A stretch of 62,998 nt of DNA, filler included, from Reclinomonas americana ATCC 50394 (taxonomy: Eukaryota), in the NCBI GenBank assembly GCA_048213135.1. It is 5 parts of 3 records of this genome, joined end to end, with 100 filler letters (N's around TTAATTAATTAA, not from the genome) between each part and the next. Parts side by side here need not be neighbours in the genome. Positions count along the whole stretch, not along the records: positions 1 to 27,908 come from PS015019.1; 4 more parts are not named here. One strand, given 5' to 3'. Numbering within the stretch: the first letter of the stretch is position 1; the number at the start of each line of letters is the position of its first letter. Both the position numbers and the translations under genes were made by a program. Shown piece after piece: positions 1 through 12,608 of the stretch. The notes under the pieces are model-generated. The model saw nothing but the letters and a program-made list of their open reading frames with translations, did not search any database and was not told where the DNA came from.

Positions 1-2153
1 GCAGCGGCGGAGTGGAAAGCGGCGACAGACGGCAGCATGGATGTGCAACATTTGCTGGAGGCGATGCTGATCCACGACAGCCTGGTGCGGTAATCTGCAC
101 GCACATCCCCGTCCTGGTGTCACCTGACTCTGCACACTGCAGGTCGTGGAGGAGGTCTTCTTTTCGTCCGACTACTTTGCGATGTACATGATGGTGCGCG
201 CCTATCACGTGCGCGCAGCGCCTGTATTTCTTGGCCTCACCCAGAATGCGCGCAGCACCTCCAAAGGCACCCGGAGATTGTGAGAGTGCCCGCGGAGCGC
301 CTCCCCTCGTACATTGTCAGGCAGGTCGACAGCGATAGTGACGGCGACGGTGGCGAGCCAGCACGACGACAGCAGCCCCTGCTGGCGGAGTGGGTGTACG
401 GTCGCGATTTGATGTACAGTCTCTCTGCTCGTCCCGCGGCCAAGCTTTGCGATGTGTTGTGTGTCGACTACGGCTCGTTGCCGACCGGTACGGTGATGCT
501 GTGCTGCGCTCTCCTCTACCTCCTCCGGTTCGTTGACTCGCAGTCGACCAGAGGGCGCATCGGAACCAGAGATGCAATGCGACTGCAGGCACATTGGCGA
601 CGACTTTGCACAGCGTGGCCACTCCATGGCTCCGCCTGCGCTGCCGGTCTTTGACGCAGTCGACGACACGGGCTATTTCAGCCCGACGCCTATTGCCGAC
701 ACGGTGTGCGAGGGTGTGGAGCGCTTCTTGTGGGCCTCGCTCACCGACGACACCATGTTGCGAGAGGCCGCGGCCGCCGTGGCCAATCCACGTGCGCCAG
801 CGCCACAGTCGCTGTTCAAGTCGAGTGCATTCCGAGAGGACTCTGCCGCCCTGGCCGACTTCGAGGCGCACCTTGCACAGGCACCGTTTGGCCTGCAGAC
901 GGCTGATCACGGCAAGCTGGTAGTGTTCACGGTGATGACGCTGTCGCGTAGCAACGCATCCGTGTACAAGTGGCAGGCGATGTTGGCCAACTGGATGCGG
1001 CTCTTCTGGCACGCTCACGGCGACGAGGCGATACCGCTGGTGGTGTGCCTGGACGAGGAGACCTTGTCACTGGTGCGCTCGGTGGTGGCCAAGGAGCGGC
1101 AAGTGCTCGCGTATCTCGATCGGACAGGCTGGTGAGTGGGGGTTGAGGGGGGCGGGGAGGGAGGGAACTAGAAGGAGAAAGGGGACAGAGGGAGTGAGAG
1201 AGAGAGAGAGCAAGGGTGTGAGAATCTCACCACGTGGGTCTCAATCTCTTCGTCGCACACAACGCAGGGGTCGTGACAAGGGCGCGACGCCGTACGGCTT
1301 TGGACCGACGGTGAATGTTCGCTACCTCTACTCGTACATGCTTGTGCGCCTCGGCTATCAGTCGCTGTATCTGGATGTGGATGCGCCGGTGATGCGAGAT
1401 GTCACCATGTTGCCGCAGCTGCGACAACCGGTGGCTGATGTGTTGGCGCTGGCCGAGTGCAGCAATCCAAACTGCGATCCATATGAGGTGACACTGACGA
1501 GTCCAGAGACGCGCATGCGAGAGCCGTGGAGGGTGGCGCCCGTGGGATGCACGGCTGTGTCGGGGCACTGGGTGCGTGCGTCTGTGGCGATTGATTTATG
1601 TGTTCTCGTTCTGTGCGTGACATCTCCCTTCCTTTGCCTTTCTCCAGCGGTATGCGGCATGTCGAGAACACATGCGACACTTTTGCATCAACGGTGGCGC
1701 CTTCTACTTCCGTCCGACAGTGTACTCGCTGCGATTCCTGGCGCACTTGATCAATCTGCTGGAGGTGCACTGGGCGACGTGGCAAGAACAGGACGTGGTC
1801 AACTTCCTCATGGACTACCACACACGTCTCGGGCGACTGCGGTTCGACTGGTTTGATCCGCGTCAAATGTCGACTCTGATGGGATTCGCGCGACTGCGGG
1901 CCGAGCGGCTGCTTCCACCCGCTGTGAAGGCGGGCATCACTGCGGTGTGTAATGCGGTCGGGAAGAAAAAAAAGAAGAAGTGATTGAGTGATGCCACTCA
2001 CCCATCATCGCTGCGCAGGTTCATGTGGTCGGCAACGCCGACTACAAGCTCAAGGCGCTGAAGGTGTGCGGACTGTGGTGGACCGCACCACTGGCAGACT
2101 TTGAACGCCACGACAAGGAGGTCACGACAGCGACCGAAGAAAAGAATGCTTGA
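1..2153 (+). CDS. GT77-like nucleotide-diphospho-sugar transferase, copy A (5' truncated, multi-exon)
   Basis: Spliced product has LYLDVDA (DxD), INGGAFYFRPT, EQDVVN and HVVG..K..GLW motifs; GT-AG introns e.g. 85-142, 488-543, 1946-2018; stop at 2151-2153. Confidence 0.85.
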
Positions 2154-2247
2154 TTAATAGTAGTATAGAAGCAAGTTATCTCCAACCGGCAACACCAAGT
2201 GGCGTCGGGCAGTCCTGCTGCAGTTCGGTTTTGATATTGTCGAAGCG

Positions 2248-5133
2248 ATGAGGACTTGGAGAAGAGAGGCCTGCACCCTCATCTCTCTCCTTCTTCTCCT
2301 CACCCTGGCCCTCTGCCAAGCCACCGCCTTTTCTCCCATGCCCTCCCTCTCCGACGCACAAGTCACCACATACACAGTCCACGACCTCAGCCACACTGGC
2401 GACTTTGCCGATGTGCTGCTGAAGCCACTGTTCAAGCGCGGCATTGCCGGGTTTCGTGCTGTAGTGGACGACCCGATGATTGCAGACCATCCTGTGGAGG
2501 TGCCAGTCGCATTCCGCTTCTATCACGTGTCGCTGTTGGATGCAGGTGTGGGAATGCACATGCACATTCGTTTTTCCTCTTGTCTCTCTCTCTCACTCAC
2601 TCTCTCTCTCTCTGTGCAGTGGACGAAGCACTTGCCGATTTCTCGCGTCTGCAGGCGGAGCAACTGCGCATGCGTGTGGCTCGCTTTGGTGTGAGTCTCT
2701 TCTCTGATGTGCCACTGATTCCGGTGGCCGATCCAGTGGTGTGGCGATGCTCTCTCTCACGTGTCGTTGCTCTCCTTGTTTGGTGGGTTTACTCACTCGG
2801 TCTCTCGTGCTGCGGGCAGCATGCTGCCGAGTATCCGCGGGCGTTGCCGCACAGACATCCGCGCATTGCTGAGGCAACGTTTTTTCTCAGTGACCTCACT
2901 CCGCTGCGCTTGGCGTTGGATGCCTCGCGCTCTTGGCGTGAGCAGGGTGCGTGCCGCGCATCCTGTGCATACAGCGGTCACCTGCAGCCCTCACTCTTGC
3001 GTGCAGTGCACGAGTGGCTGCCTGGTGAGCAAGATCCGCGGCATTTGTTGGAACGTGCTCTGGAGATTGACACGCAGGTACGCTGTTCTACGTGGCAGTT
3101 CCATTTGTGAAGCCTGTTGTCTTGACGCCACGCGATCAGGACACTGAAGAGATTGTAGCCTCGCGCAACTACTTTACCGCATACATGCAGGTCTGCTGCG
3201 TGCACTGCGCTGTTCGCTCTGCTTCACCTGACTCCTCTCTCCTTGCTCTCTTCTCGCCCAGCACCTGAAGAGGCACCCGGAAGACACGCGCACACCAGCA
3301 CCACGACTGTCGTCGTACGACCTGCGGGGCGAAGAAAAGTCGCCTCCAATGCCGCAACAACAACAGCGTCAGCTGCTGGCCGAGTGGGCGCATGGCTCGC
3401 TGCTCGCAAGCTCACGCGGCGATGCCGATCTGTGCACCATGTTGTGCGTAGACTACGGCTACATTACAGACTGTGCGTGAGCAACACGTGCGATCCACCC
3501 TGCACATGCAACTGATCGCGCTCTGTGTGTTTGTGTGTGACGCAGACTCCGAGACTGCGGCGCATTCTTGCGACTGTACGCACATTGGCGACGACTTTGC
3601 ACAGCGCGGCCGTATCATGGCTGCACCTGCGCCTCCGGCGCCCGGCGTGGCCGTGGACGCGAATTACTTTAGCCCAACGCCGATCGCCGACACGGTGTGC
3701 GAGGGAGTGGAACGCTTACTGTGGGCCTCGCTCACCGACGACACCATGTTGCAAGAGGCCGCGGCCGCCGTGGCCAATCCACGTGCGCCAGCGCCACAGT
3801 CGCTGTTCAAGTCGAGTGCATTTAGAGAGGATTCTATCGCTCTGGCCGATTTCGCGGCGCACCTTGCACAGGCATCGTTTGGCCTGCAGACCGCTGATCA
3901 GGGCAAGCTGGTGGTGTTCACGGTGATGCGCTTGACTCGTGAGAATTCGTCGGTGAACAAGTGGCGTGCGCTGCTGGCCAACTGGTTGACACTCTTCTGG
4001 CACGCTCACGGCGACCAGGCGATGCCGTTGGTGGTGTGCCTGGACGAGGAGACCCTGTCACTGGTGCGCTCGGTGGTGATCAAGGAGCGGCAAGTGCTCG
4101 CGTATCTCGATCGAACTGGCTGGTGAGTGGGTGGCGGGGATAGATAGAAGGGGAAGGGGGGAGGGAGGAGGGAGAAGCGATAGAGATAGCAACTGACTGA
4201 GAGGGAGTGAGAGAGAGAGAGCAAGGATGAATCTCACTATCTATATCTTAATTGCACATCACGCAGGGGTCGTGACAAGGCCGCAACACCGTATGGCTTT
4301 GGACCGACGGTGAATGTGCGCTACCTCTACTCGTACATGTTTGTACGCCTCGGCTACCAGTCGCTGTATCTGGACGTGGATGCGCCAGTGATGCGAGACG
4401 TCACCATGTTGCCGCAGCTGCGACCACCGGTGGCTGATGTGTTGGCGCTGTCCGAGTGCAGCAATCCGAACTGCGATCCCTACGAGGTGACGCTGACGAG
4501 CCCAGAGGCGCGCATGCGAGAGCCGTGGAGGGTGGCGCCCGTGGGATGCACATCTGTGTCGGGAGAGTGGGTGCGTGTCTCTGTAGAGATTGGCTGCTGT
4601 GGTCTCGTTCTGTGTGTGACGTCTCCCTTCCTCCTGTGCCTTTCCCCAGCGATACGCGGCATGTCGGGAACACATGCGACACTTTTGCATCAACGGCGGC
4701 GCCTTCTACTTCCGTCCGACGGTGTACTCGCTGCGATTCCTGGCGCACTTGATCAATCTGCTGGAAGTGCACTGGGCGACGTGGCAAGAACAGGACGTGG
4801 TCAACTTCCTCATGGACTACCACACACGTCTCGGGCGACTGCGGTTCGACTGGTTCGATCCGCGTCAAATGTCGACTCTTATGGGATTCGCGCGACTGCG
4901 GGCCGAACGGCTGCTTCCGCCCGCTGTGAAGGCGGGCATCACTGCGGTGTGTAGTGTGGTCGGAAAGAAGAAAAAGAAGAAGAGTGATTGAGTGATGCCA
5001 CTCACCCATCATTGCTGCGCAGGTTCATGTGGTCGGCAACATGAGCATCAAGCTGCAGTCATTACAAGGCGCTGGCCTGTGGTGGACAGCGCCACTGGAT
5101 GCCTTTGAGAGTGATCCCGGTGACGAAACATAG
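2248..5133 (+). CDS. GT77-like glycosyltransferase, copy B (tandem paralog, signal peptide/anchor)
   Basis: N-terminus MRTWRREACTLISLLLLLTLALCQA; C-terminal exons nearly identical to copy A with shared intron positions; ends ...ESDPGDET*. Confidence 0.85.
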
Positions 5134-5152
5134 TGTATCACTGCATGCAGTT

Positions 5153-7747
5153 TTACTCGAGCTGCACATCAACAAACAGCGCATGATGGTCCGACAGGCC
5201 GGTTCCGTCAATGATCTGGCGCGCGGTCGTGCCGACGATTCTCCAGGGACGAGGCGCGCGCACAAGGACATAGTCGATCTTGCGCGGCTCCTCGGCAGCG
5301 GGGAATGTGATGTCTGGAGGCCCCATGTCGTGGAAACCGGCCGTCTCCCACGCCTCCACCATGCGGGTGTAGCGATCGTCGGCTGGATGCGTGTTGAAGT
5401 CGCCGAGGAGCACCACTGCTGCAGTGGGTGGGATGGTGTCGTGGATGTGCGCGAGGAGTTCGTCCAACTGCGCCGCGCCCTGCGTGAAGCCCAGATGCGT
5501 GCACACGACCCACAACTGCGCGACATCGTCGGGTGGTGTAAGCTGCATGGCGATGGCGCTTCTCGTTTCAGCAGGTTCTGGACGCTGATCTCGTGCGTCG
5601 AAAAGCCACCGATGCACGCCAAAGGCTGGACGGCGACTGAGTATCGCATTGCCGTACTCGCCACCTGCGAGTGGAATCGACTCGACAAATTCGCCACGCC
5701 AAGGTCTCCCCAGCGCATCGGAAAGCAGAGTCGGCTGCTCCACTATCTGGCTTCGCGGTACGTTAACATCGACCTCTTGGAGGGCGACCACATCCGCTCC
5801 GCAATCGGCAATGCAGCGGGCGATCCTCTGCAGGTTGAAGTCGCACTCCTCTCCGTGTTTGATGTTGAACGTCATCACGCGGAGACGAACGGGCGGCAAT
5901 GGCGGCAAGTCGTCTCCCACCACGGCGGCGGCGGCAACCGCATCTGTCGGCTCGTCGATCGGCTCCTCGTCTGTGCCCATGATGGGTCCAGATGACGCAT
6001 CGTCGGCATCTGTCGGCTCCTCGTCTGTGCCCATGACGGGTGGTGGTGCTGCCGCTGATGAAGCTGCTGTTGGTGCAGCGGACAGAACAGACGATGTATC
6101 GCTGGCATCTGTCGCATCGAGATCCTCCAGCTCCACGACGACGTAGTCCGCCAACATTACTCGTGGTGCTGGCACCGGCAGTGCCAGTGGGGCGTCTGCA
6201 GGCACCGCCACCAGCTGTCCGTCGTCACTAATCACCAGGCGAGAGTGTTCAAAGTCGCGAGGAGCCTGGATCGGGTGGAAGAATCGGTGACTGAGGAGTC
6301 TCTCGATAGTCCATCGTTCGTGAGGCTCCTTGCGTAGACAGCATTTCAGTAGATTACGGAAGTCTTTGGGCCTGCAAAAAAAAGGTCAGTGCGCGCTCAC
6401 GTAGATTACTTCCACTTTCTCTACGCAACCACTGCTTTCGGCGCTGCAGCTTCGGCGGGGGATGGTTGAGAATTTTCCAGTCCAGCTGCGCACAACAATC
6501 AGCACAGTGCGATCTCTTGCGGGGCGAAGGCGGTGACAAGGCGTACGAACATCAACTGCCTTGTCGTGCATATCGTCTCCTACAACTCTGTACGGGGACT
6601 GCAAATCGGCCACCTCCAGCGCCAGGATACCTGCGTAGACAGCGTGTTGGCATATCGGCAGAAAGCATAGCCCTCCCCGCGCCGCTGAACACCAACCAAA
6701 TGCCCACACATCCTCCTCCGCATCCGCCACCCGCCCTGGGCTGTTCACAGCCTCCGGCGACAACCAGTACTGCAGCTCGCCGACATCTCTGGCTGGTGGC
6801 GTTGGTCCGTCGCTGAGGTACACGTGATGGCGCCGTGACCGCCAGAAGTCTGCACGGACACGCATGAGGGACTGCGGTGCAATGCGCAAGCAGCCGCACC
6901 ACTCACCCAGCCTGCAATCGTCCCCAGAAGCCGCGCAAAGCACACTACCGGCATGCAAGTGACGCATAAACAAGTCGCGCCGATGCAACTTGTCCAGTGC
7001 GGCCAACACCTGGCGCAGCATCTCGCGCACAGTGTCCACCGAGAACAAGGTCCTCTCCTGCAGCTGTCGCGCAATCTCCGCCGACAAGCTCGTGGCCTCG
7101 GGCAAACACGGCGAAGCCAACTTTACGGACAGTCAGGATCATTGTCGATGACCAACGACGACACACAGACGACGCACCCACAACTCGTTCTCGTTCTCCA
7201 CGGAGCGCGTGACGGAGCACAGCGGAAGCACATGCACGTCGGGGTGGATCCGTCTGTACGTCTCCAGCTGCGCCTCGACACACTCCACGAACGGTGTCTT
7301 CGCCGCGGGATCGAGCAGGAACCTGCGCAGCATGACAACACTCTCCGACTGCATGTCCCTGGCCATCACGACGCGACCATCTGCAGTCGCCGGCATAGCA
7401 GCAGTCTCCACCGGCTCGTACAGCTGCCACACATCGCCGATGCTCACTCGGCGTGACTCTGCGGAGGATGAGTTAAGAGAGAAAGAGAGAGAGAGGCTTG
7501 ATCATGACACGCACCACCACTGCCGCGAGAACTGCCCGCCTCCGGTGCATCCTTTTCGTCGCGTGTGAGGCAGGCGAGGGCGTGATCGTGCAGTTGTTGC
7601 ATGCGCATGTACCGACCGCATACGAAGCAGGCGCCCATCCTGTGTGTGTGAGTGAGTGAGGAAGAAGAGAGAGGGGTAAGAGGGGGGCGTGACAGGCAAC
7701 TCTTCGCTCTCGGGAATGCGTTCTGGTTCTCGTTCTGGCTCTGACAT
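5153..7747 (-). CDS. UBZ zinc finger - STE20-like pseudokinase - EEP (endonuclease/exonuclease/phosphatase) fusion protein
   Basis: CFVC..LHDHALAC (UBZ-like); kinase WLSPE, DVWAFG, PPPKL..W|PKDFRNLLKCCLRKEPHERWTIERLLSHRF; after intron 6429-6372 the frame runs without a stop into TFNIKHG, ALQEVD, YGNAILS, THL, GDFN, IDY, SDH. Confidence 0.8.
5940..6040. repeat. Coding internal direct repeat (P[VI]MGTDEEP x2) in the acidic linker
   Basis: cggctcctcgtctgtgcccatga occurs twice. Confidence 0.8.
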
Positions 7748-7995
7748 GTGTGTGATCACGGCAATTTATGATAAAGTGACAACACGGCCAAACCGGACGA
7801 TAGCGACTTTGTTTCCGCTCCGGACGACACGAGGAATGGCAGGCGTGTGGCAGAAAGTAGATTGAAACGCGATTACACTATCTGTCGCAAACGAAAACAA
7901 GGATGGCTGTGGTGGCACCGGCGGCGACGAGCGCACGCACGGGCCAGCCCTATGCAAAAAATTGAACACGAAAACTATAAACAACGAGAGGCTCT

Positions 7996-10900
7996 CTACA
8001 TCATCATGGCGTTGGCGGTGGACGCCGCGTGCAACAGTGGGCTGCGTGGCTGGCCGCCATTGGCAGCCGCCATCATTGTTGCTGTGGTTGGCGTCGAGTG
8101 TAGCAGCTGTGCCGTCGAGGGTGCGGAGAAAGTGGAGAAGGGCGAGCCGAAACCGACGCGGGGCGGAGACGGCAGCGGTGGCGGCAGCAGGAGCATTGGG
8201 TCGTAGCCTGCAATGGCGGCGTACCGAGCAGCCGGCGACGACGCGGCATTGGCGGCGGCCACGGCAGCAGCCAGCTGTTGAGAAATGGACGGCAAGAGCG
8301 GAGGCGACGAGGCGGTCTGCGAGTTCAACCCAAACGGCTTGGACAGGTGCGCTGAGGCAAACGAGTCGCCAATGGGTGGCAGCGGCGGCAACAACAACTC
8401 GCGCTCCACCTCCTCCGACTTGGTGGTGACAATGGTCGGCGGTGGCGCCCTCTTCTGTTGTTGTTGTTGTTGTTGTTGCTGCTGCTGCTGCTGAAGAGGC
8501 GTGGCAAAGTCTGGGACCTCGCGAGAACTGGAGAGCGACAGCAACGCCTGCAACGCCGAGTGCAACTCCGAGTCGAGCGGTCGGCGAAGGACCGAGTTGG
8601 GCGTGGCCGGCGAGAGCGCACTCCTGCTGCTGGCCGCATCGCTGTACGAGGCCGACGACGGATCCAAAAAGGGCAACTGACGCAAGTGCGACGGCACCAC
8701 GAATGTGGCCGACGACATGTCGGTATCGCCGCTGACCGAGCGCGGTCCGCGCATTGCGGCCGACCGCTGCTGCATCATCGAGGGCGACACACGACTCGTC
8801 AACGGCTTCTTGGCAGACACGGCGGCGCGACGACGCGACGACGCGACGCCACCGCTTCGGCCGCGCGCACCCGTGCCGTGTTGCACATACTCGCCGTCGC
8901 TGTCATGCTGCATGCCGGTAAAGTCCGTTGGATCGTCGTACTCGCCGGCGTCGGCAATCTCCTGCTCGTCCGTCACCATCATTGTGGGGCGGGAGCGCTG
9001 TCGCGCCGACTGCCGCAGGCTCGCCTGCGAGGCCGCCGGCACACCGTCCACGTACATGGAACCGTCGTCGTCGGGGAACGCATCGTCTTCGTCCTCCTCG
9101 TCTACCACACCCACATGGTCCAACAGATCAAGGCGCGAGACGTAGCGTCGCCGGCGACCACCGCCATTCGTCATGTTGTCGTCGTCGTCGTCACCGTCGC
9201 CGGGCACAGGAGACGATGCTGCGGTTCGTGATAGCCGCCGGCGGTGACGCGACGGTCGACTCACGTGTTGTGTCGGTGCATCGCCAAATGCCGCATGCGG
9301 AATGGGTGATGTGGCACCGGAAGCGGGAACCGACAGGGAGCCGGCGCGCTGGCAGGGGAAGTCAGCAACAAAACAGCAGAGTTTTAACGACGACAATGAC
9401 CCCACGAAAAGTGCGAGGTTCGATGAATATTGCAGGAAGGGGAAAGGAGATGGGGGAGAGGCATGACGATGATGTGCGACGGCATGCGAGCGCATGAAAG
9501 TGGAAAGCAAAAATCCGGCACGAGACCGATATGCAGGAGTGAAAAACGGCGAAGCAATAGAGAGACGCGGACATCGAGAGCCGATAACGTGGCACCAGCA
9601 AAGAATAAATAAAAAGACAGACAGACGCCGACGACGAAGAATAAAAAGACACAGCTCCGCGGAGAGGAGGCCGGCCATACGGTAGTGCGAGCCGATGACA
9701 AAACAAATACCGACACGTGGAAAAAAAAAGGGGAAAAGAAGAAGAACAAGGACCCCCACAGAAATATCCCGCGCGCCCACACACATATGCACGGCGAACG
9801 ACGCAACTGAGCGCTGCAGCGAAAGCATGTGCGGTGAGTGGGGAGGCGCGCCTCCCGCCACCGGCACTCCTTGCTCGTCATCATCATCGTCCTCGAAACG
9901 CGAGCTCCGGCCGCTTCCGCCGCTGCGATCGCGCTTCTCCTTGCGTCTCCGATTCTCAAACCACACTGCGTGTGCGTGGGGAGAGAGAGAATGGGCGTGC
10001 GTGTCCGATCAATATGCGAGAGACGATGACCAAATTAGGAAATGCTGAACGACGACGTACCACTGACAGAGCTGAAGGAGCGGGCAAACTCGTCGGCAAG
10101 CGCCTGCTTGCGCTTGCGATCCGGGTACGGGTTTGTGAGAAACTCCGCCTCCAGCGCGTGCAACTGCGCGACCGACAAAAACAGACAAAAAACAAGACGA
10201 ATCAGACAAAAAGGCGCACAAGCCGTGTGCTGCGTAGAGGAGAGAGTGTGGAGGGAGAAAGAGAGAGAGAGAGAGAGAGAGGAGAACGAATGTGGCCGCA
10301 TGCTCATGTGTGCGTGTGTGCGTGAACGGACACTCAAGATTCTTGCCGTCGGCGGGCATATCGATATGAACCCGAAAAACCAGCGTGCAGAAGACGCACA
10401 AGAAAGCAGACAGACAGACACAAAGATTAAGAGAGCGTGCGTGCAAAAGAATGAGGGAGGAGGGAGGCATGCAACCAGTGTGCCGCACATCTGTGTTTTT
10501 TGATATCTTTCAAGGGCACACGCTGAAAAAACAAACAGGAGTCATCAAAAACAAACAACATACAAACCCCACTCTCACCATAAAAGCAGCGGGGAGAGTG
10601 AGGCGCGCAGAGAGGAGAGAGTGAGAGCAAAATGCGAGGAAAAACAACTGATGCAGTCAAAAAAGAAAAAGACAGACATCGATATGAAGAAACGGACACA
10701 CAGTGCACACACACGCTCTCACACACACGCTCTCACACACAATCAGAGGAGGTGCAGGAGAGGAGCACAAGGAGAAGCAGCAGCAACAGGCAGAGACACA
10801 CACAAGAGAGAGAGAGTGAGTTTTGTGGGAGGTGCGAAAATGTCAGACCAAAAAAGCACACACGCGCTCACACACACACACCGACTCTCTCTCTCTCTGT

Positions 10901-11030
10901 CTCTCTGTCTCTCTGCTGCCTACACACAAACCTGTTGCAGTGAGAACTTTTGATAGGCGCGTCGCTGATGTTGTGCAGGCGAACTTGGCTGCGACCCGCT
11001 CGGCGACGATGAGGATGTGGGCGTGTCCAT
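7996..11030 (-). CDS. Homeodomain transcription factor with low-complexity/polyQ C-terminus
   Basis: Spliced RRAYQKFSLQQ|LHALEAEFLTNPYPDRKRKQALADEFARSFSSVS|VWFENRRRKEKR; introns 10931-10164 and about 10050-9967. Confidence 0.85.
8455..8493. repeat. (TTG)n(CTG)n trinucleotide tract encoding polyQ on the minus strand
   Basis: Read directly from the sequence. Confidence 0.9.
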
Positions 11031-11939
11031 CTCGCACACACACACAGAGAGAGAAGACGAAGAAGAAGAACAGACAGGTAAAGCACGGAGAGAAAAGAGA
11101 GAGAGGGAGTGATTGAAATCGACCACACTTCCACTGCTCGACGAGAAAGGGAAAAAGCTACGAAGAAATCGGGGTGCTCGCGCGCCGAGGATGTATTGGT
11201 GAGGAGGACGGGGTGTGTGTGCGCGCAGAAGTGCTCGTGGAACGGGGTGTGTGGCGTGGTGGCGCGGATCTGCGACGATCAAGCGCAGTGCATTATTCCT
11301 GATGACGACGAATGCGTGCGTGTGTCTCGCGCGCCTGCTGGCGCGCGCGGTGGGCAATGTTGAAGTGTTGTGCTTGCTGTGTGCGTCGGTGCGCTGGAGA
11401 GAGCGGGAGAGGGGGAGAAAATCATTGTGCAGGCGTGCACCGGATTTGGCGAACAGCGTTTTTTCGGACGTGGGCGTGGTTTGGAGCCGGCAAGCGCGTT
11501 GTGCGGATGGTGTTGAGGTGCATGGGGGGCGGTCGTGTTGTTGCGCTGGTGTTGTGGCTGTGTGACTCCGGATTCGAATCATGCAATGCGCGTGAATACA
11601 GATTTGCGATATCGAAAGCAAATTCGAGGGCGTGTGCCTCGAACCTGCCTGCGGTTGGTGCGCGTGTAGAGGCGGATAGATGTTCAGAGAAGGGGAGAGG
11701 GTGCAAGCACCAGAAAAGAGAGAGAGAGAGAGTTGTCTGGCGTGGTTCGGATTCGGAAATTGATGTGTTGTCTCACACGCGCGACAATGCGTCTGCGATG
11801 ACAAAAGTAGGCGATCCTCGCACACGTGCCGCGGGCACTGTTGCCAGCCCTCTTGACAACCAGGCAGTTCACGTTTGCCTGCTTTTTACAAGCAAGCGGT
11901 AGTAAATTTCATATTCGAACATACAGTCGCTCCTTTGCC

Positions 11940-12525
11940 ATGCGAGCGAGATCAACCCCGCCCCTTCTCCTCCTCCGTTCCTCCCTCCTCTCCTCCGTCA
12001 GCGCCACGGCGATCGACTGGGAGCAATGCGCAACTGACGAACCAGCCGAAACAACGGTGATGGACTGCAGTGGACCTGGCCTCGGACGGCGACGGTGGTT
12101 TTGACACGCTGTACCGGGAGGCCCCGCAGCGTTTCCGGCGTGCCCTGGCGCCGTACATGGAGCAGGGCCGCGTGCGATACCACGTGATGCCAAGCTTTGA
12201 TTTCCTCGTACGCGTGCAACTGCTCATCGCTTCGAATTCGCCACCCACCGAGCCGTACGACTTTATCTACGTGCACGTGGATGGCAGCCACCTCGCGCAG
12301 CATGTGTTGGAGGATGTCGTGCTGGCGTTCCGCCTGCTGCGTCCCGGCGGCGTCATGGCATTCGACGATTACGAGTGGACAGCCGAGACGGAGCTCACCA
12401 ATTGCAAGACGCCACGACCGGCAATCGACGGCTTCCTGGCAGTGTATGCCGATATCGATCAGGTGGAGCTGCTGGACATGGGAGGGCAGGTGTGGGTGCG
12501 ACGGAGGTTGCAGAAGGAGGGATGA
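11940..12525 (+). pseudogene. Decayed duplicate of the adjacent secreted methyltransferase
   Basis: Relative to 12609-13666 it has a ~500-bp deletion removing SAM motif I, a +1 frameshift near 12068, and five 6-bp insertions, one breaking YVDGSH into YVHVDGSH. Confidence 0.85.
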
Positions 12526-12608
12526 GCGGTGAGTGTACCGTGCTCCTTGCTCGTATCGTGTGACCCGAGAATCCTCCTGTCCCGCGATCGCAATCAATCC
12601 ATTGCCAG

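Noticed and set aside
5099-5995. Long antisense ORFs overlapping real genes
   Set aside because: Shadow frames caused by GC-rich codon usage
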